The notes under the pieces are model-generated. The model was not told the origin of the DNA. It worked only from the letters and a program-made list of their open reading frames with translations, and ran no database searches. A DNA stretch of 64,000 nucleotides from the human T2T-CHM13v2.0 reference genome, Homo sapiens: assembly GCF_009914755.1 (NCBI RefSeq), contig NC_060939.1; one strand, given 5' to 3'. The position numbers and the translations under genes were made by a program. Shown here piece after piece: positions 58,861 through 64,000 of this stretch (its first letter is position 1; every line of letters starts with the position of its first letter).

Positions 58861-59974
58861 AAAGGAGAGAGAAGGAGAGAAAGAATTAAGAATTAAAGGG
58901 TTTTGTAAGCAAACATGTTTGAGGAAATCCATCTTGGTTTATCTGAATTCCTGTGGAGTACCCATTTATAACAGCTTCTGGTGCTGCCTAGCTGTCTACT
59001 TGAAATTCAGAAAAGGTGCTTTGCTTTGGATGGCTTAATTTTTATTCTTCTTTCGGTAGAAGAAATAAAAGTTATATGGACCACCAGGAAAACATCGGTA
59101 TTAAATATATTTCCATTCATGGTAATAGGCAGCAACTGCATGAAAATAAACATTTTTCTTCCTTTTTGATTCTATGATTATAGGGCACTGATAGCAGGCA
59201 CTTCAGAAAGTAAATACAGCTTTGCGAAGAAATAGTTTAGCAGGATTTTAAACTCCCTGTTATTCTTATGCTTGCCCCCTCCCCTGAGGAAGTACCCAAA
59301 GGCTGCTGTGGGTTTCCTGGGGTCTTCTGTGGTGGACTGGTACATTCTCTTTTTCTCTTTACTTCACTAACTGCTGAACTCTGAAGACTCAATTGTAACT
59401 CACCTTTGACCTGAAATGAGAAAAAGAACCATTAAGCCTTCTTTATATTTGACATTACAAGTACTGTAATGCCCCTTGGTTATTATCCAATCATGTAATA
59501 GAACCTTCAATGTTTGGTTTTCTTTCTTAATTTAAAGGATCCTAACACTGGACAGCTTCACAGTTCTGAGCCTGGAACTGCCCTGTTTAACAGTAGGGCC
59601 GTCTGATCTCCAGCTCCCTCTTCCCATGGATGGCCATCAGTACAGCTGTTAATACACTTTGAACTCTACATGGGGCTTTATAGGTTATTGATAGCAGAGT
59701 GCCTGATTCTATCTGCTCCCCGCTCCTCCCAACCCTTCAAGAAAGGAGGTCACCTGCATAACTCAGTTGGCAGCCTCAGGCAAGGACCCAGCTGCCCTGA
59801 GTGGGCCACTTGTCTTTCCTTCTCCCTGGGACGTGCCAAATTTCTCATCACTCCGCTGCACTTTTTCCTCCCGCAGCACTAGACTATTGTGAGCATGCCA
59901 GGCTGCAGACATCCCGCCCAGTTCTAGAATCATATAATTTAAAGATTAGAATCAACCTCAGGGATCATCTAATG

Positions 59975-60490
59975 TCTTGCTATTCAAACCATGGTCCTTA
60001 GACCTGCAGCATTGGCCTAACCTCGGAGCTCGTTGGAAATGCTGATTCCTAGGACCCTTGCAAACCTAGTAAATTACTGTCTGTTTTTTCTCAAGATCCC
60101 CAGGTGATTTATAAGCACATTACAGTTTGAAAAGCACTGACCTAATTTAACATGCCTTCTGATTTAACAATTTTATTGAATTCTTGCCTGTGCAAAGAAA
60201 TAATCTGGAACTCTAAAAATTCTGGTTTAATTTTTTTTGCTGGGAAATATCTTGGGCATCACTTCCTCAGGTGATTATAATGTGCCTCTGGAATTTGGAA
60301 ACATGGATAGATCTAAAGCAGTGGCTCTCAAAGTCTGGTCCCAGGACCACTAATAATAGTACCCCTTGTTAAAATGCACATTCTTAGGCCACCACCTAGA
60401 CATAGGAAATCAGAAACTCCAGGATTGAGGCCCAGGAATCTGTGTTTTGACAAGTCCTCCAGGTTGTCCTGAAGCCAGTTCCATAACCAC
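59975..60490. mobile_element. Two MER5A-type MITEs (~59975-60139 and ~60319-60490)
   Basis: CAAGATCCCCAGGTGATT...AGTTTGAAAAGCACTG; CAGTGGCTCTCAAAG...AATCAGAAACTC...GGCCCAGGAATCTGTGTTTT. Confidence 0.8.
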
Positions 60491-60544
60491 AGGTTTAAGG
60501 AGTAAGAATGCCCCAACCCTCACCTGAGAAAAATAGGCCTAGAC

Positions 60545-60760
60545 CTGCAATGTCCTGTAGCTATTTTAATAGCCATTCATTTAAATTAAATAAAATTAAA
60601 GACTTAGTTCCTTAGGTGAACTGGCCACATTTTGACAACTCAATAGCCACATGCCAACTGGCTGTCTATGGAGCATACAGAGTGGCTAGTGACTACACAT
60701 GGGAGAATACAGATGTAGAACATCCTCATCATCATAGAAAGTTCCACTGGACAGTACTGA
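60545..60760. mobile_element. MER33/MER3-type MITE
   Basis: AAATTAAATAAAATTAAA...CTCAATAGCCACATG...AGAACATCCTCATCATCATAGAAAGTTCCACTGGACAG. Confidence 0.8.
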
Positions 60761-62836
60761 TCTAGAATTTGGATTAGAGGAAGACAGATATTAACAACAA
60801 TAATAACCATAACATAAACAAGAATAGTAAAAATAACAATTCCCAGTTATGGAGTGGTTAGTATGGGTCAGATATTGAACCAAGCCAACAGATGACATGT
60901 CTCTTTCCCTTACTGATGTCCAAATAATTATCTAATTGTTGTTTTGGAGTCTATGAAGGATATTGTTGGGGTTGAAGATCAAAAAAGAAGAGCAGAAAGA
61001 AGAGAAGCAAGAAAAAGAGTTGCTTTCTCCATCAATAAAAAGACTTATTTTGAGGCATTGGGTTGGCTTTCAAGTGAGAGAACCATTGATGGAATACAAA
61101 GAAAATGTCAAACCAGGACGGAGTTAAACCAGCAAAATATCACTTCTAGAACCTTTTCCTTCTGTCCAAGACTAGAATGTGCTATGGAGCACTAAACCCA
61201 AGAGTAGTTAGTTAAATTGTCCATTTGGAGATCTCTTTGTTGGACCCTTTTGGAGCTTTGCATCCGGGGTTGAATCTTTCCTCAGTTAATCTCCTATAAT
61301 AACTGTATATCCACCTGTGACTAGGAAATACAATTGCTCTCCTTTTGTGCTCAATGTGGTATCACACAAGTCCACCTGCATTAACTCCCCTCCACTTGTC
61401 CCTCAGTTCCTTCCGCACGCTTCTGGGTTACTGACTCACCATGCCATGTGACAAGTCCACTCTGCCACCTCCTTTTGTTGCCAAAGCTTTTCCAACTCCT
61501 GGCATGCAGGCAGTCAGTTCATGCTCTCTGAGACCTTTGAGAGCTAAACATGCAACCGTCAACATGGCAGCCCCTTCTCTCTGCTTCTGACCCCTATGCT
61601 CTGCTGATGACCCTTACCATCAAAGTTCCTTGGGCACAATGGCTGTCTTCCCTGGACTCTGGGAAGGCATGCATACCGCTTTCCATAATCCCTCATATCA
61701 CCTTTGAGACTTGACCAGGCATTTGCAAGCCCCTTACCAAGACCCCGGGGTGAGGGATGGGGATGGAAATGGTGATACCAATCTAGAAGCCGCAGCTGTT
61801 ATAGAAGTGGTGATCCACTTGGGCTTCTGCTGAGACTCAGCTTTACCAAGCCCCCTGATTTTCATTACTAGTCAGGGAGCTTAATATCTCCTTTGTAGAA
61901 CTGAGGCTTCTCCACAGATCAAAAGGTTAACTCAAAGGTCTCATCAAAGTAGCCCCTTCCATTATAAACAGTATGTCTGTCAGAAAGGCAAATTCCTGTC
62001 TCCCCCTAGAAGGCACAAACTTCTGGAAAGCCCCCAAGGTACAGTTTCCCAGCCTCCAAAAATCAAGTTTTGGTCTTGATTACACTGGCGTTTTACCTTT
62101 TACCTTCCACTCATCCACTTTTCCTTCTCCATTTTATTTTGCCTTTTCACAGTGAGAAGTGAAGAGGAGTACACAGGGGAAGTGTGGGGGCAAGGCAGCT
62201 TCCAGGCTCCCAGGAGAAAGTAACGATTGCTCCTACCTGTGAATAGAAGAATATGTGTCAACCCTTCCATCGATTTCTATATGCATGTTATCTTCTGTTC
62301 CATGTGCCCATCTCCTGGGCGCTTAGTAACAGACTCATAGAAGTTTCAAGCTGAAAGAAAGAGTTCTTCTAGCTCAGTGGATTTTCAAATGTGCTTTAGT
62401 GGCAAAAATCTCCCTTCAGACAAAACTTTACACAGACGCCCAACATATAAAGCAGAATAAAACAATGCTTGTCTGTGTAATAAACGCCGTGTACTCTGTT
62501 AGGTGTTTTGCATGCATGATCTCATTTGTTCCTCTCTACAGTAGTAAGAGGTTGAAACAAGGAAGGTGGGTGAAGCCCTCCCCCTACTCACTCTCCCCAG
62601 GACAGTCTGTTGGGCTCTGTTTAAATCATTGATCTGGCCCAGCCCTCATATCACACATGAGGACTCTAAGGCTAAGAGAGGTAAATCCACTTTTAGAAAG
62701 TAAGTTTTTGACAAGCCTAAAACTAAGGCTCAGGCCTTTCAGCTACCCATTCTACCTTCTTTTGGTTGCCCTACAATGCTTTTAATAGAGGTTGTTCAAG
62801 TCCTCAGTTAGAAGCTCTCACGAATAAACAGTTCCT

Positions 62837-62922
62837 TAGCTATGAAACTGGAAGCTCTTGACAAGATCACCCAAAATCGTAGCTATGAAACTGGAAAATT
62901 CTTGACAAGATCACCCAAAATC
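62837..62922 (+). repeat. 43-bp tandem duplication
   Basis: TAGCTATGAAACTGGAA..TCTTGACAAGATCACCCAAAATC twice. Confidence 0.95.
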
Positions 62923-63053
62923 AACTAGCTACATAGTGCTGACTTTCTTTTCTTTCTTTACCGCATAAGATAGGTTGCCATAGAGTCTTTAAGCTTTAGG
63001 ATTAGAGGAAAATTTGTAGGTGACTGTTCCTGTAACTTGGGATAAATGTCAAA

Positions 63054-63361
<308 letters not shown>

Positions 63362-64000
63362 AATGTCAAAATTTTTGACTGAAAAATTTGCCTTGAGCTA
63401 CAGACAAACTTTCGGAACCCTGTAAGTCTCATCACACACTTTCACCTATTTATAAAATGTTAATACTTTCCTTATATACACTAAATCGTATACTCTATGG
63501 AAAACTTTCCATTTGCATTTACTATGTTAAGTGTCTGGCATGCACTATCTAATTTGTTCTTTACTACAACAATATGAGAAGGTAGAATTACTTCCACCAT
63601 CTTACTGATGAAATAACAGAGGTTCAAAGAGACGTTCATGGTCAAAGACATGTGGCCAGTAAGTGAGATGGATGTAGATTGTCTGGCTGTTGCTAATTTT
63701 GATATGCTGAAAACTGGGATACTCAGCTTCTGAAATGTTATCTGTATGATCCTCATTTAAAGCAGTGGCATAGAATGCCAAAGGGGAGCTTTCCTATTCC
63801 CTCCATCTTTGCCCATGCCATCAGTTCTGCAGAATCAACCCACTGGTACCTTGGATAGATAGTCTACATTGCTTCAACAAGGAGCAACAACTTCTGCCGT
63901 CTCACTTTTCTATGACCTAGACTAGCAGCTTCGAGTTGGATGAGGAATAGTGAGACTACTCTGTCCTCAGACTGAATGTCAAGCTGAGCCTCTTTGTCAT

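Noticed and set aside
61741-61770. G-quadruplex candidate (also ~55062-55085)
   Set aside because: Fewer than four well-spaced G3 tracts
62837-62932. CRISPR-like repeat-spacer array (also 6933-6989)
   Set aside because: Only 2-3 units, no regular unique spacers, eukaryotic context

Overview
Primate, almost certainly human, non-coding genomic DNA: a full-length AluYa5 is present. It is AT-rich and CpG-depleted, and I cannot name the locus. No protein-coding exon, RNA gene or CRISPR-like system is supportable; the ORF track is explained by Alu/L1/LTR remnants, microsatellites and chance. Much of the window is a layered transposon record: 15 Alus plus a FAM monomer, old L1M/L2/MIR pieces, a complete two-LTR THE1A, solo MST/MLT LTRs, an ERVL-class provirus remnant and hAT MITEs. 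Between these are several repeat-free, CpG-retaining, motif-dense blocks (~5.1-5.6, 11.3-12.1, 13.7-14.5, 35.9-37.0 and 48.5-49.2 kb) that look like enhancers or lncRNA exons. The most unusual signal is a set of local copying/rearrangement scars. These are (1) a ~270-bp patchwork at 37.9-38.2 kb built from three nearby templates in both orientations and capped by snap-back hairpins, (2) a ~305-bp duplicate with GTGAGT...CAG ends, (3) a 110-bp inverted duplication that may mark an inversion, (4) an inverted L1 segment and (5) a THE1A that appears to have reused the exact 5-bp target site of an older MST LTR. Repeat subfamily names come from recalled consensus motifs, not a database search, and boundaries of old elements are approximate.
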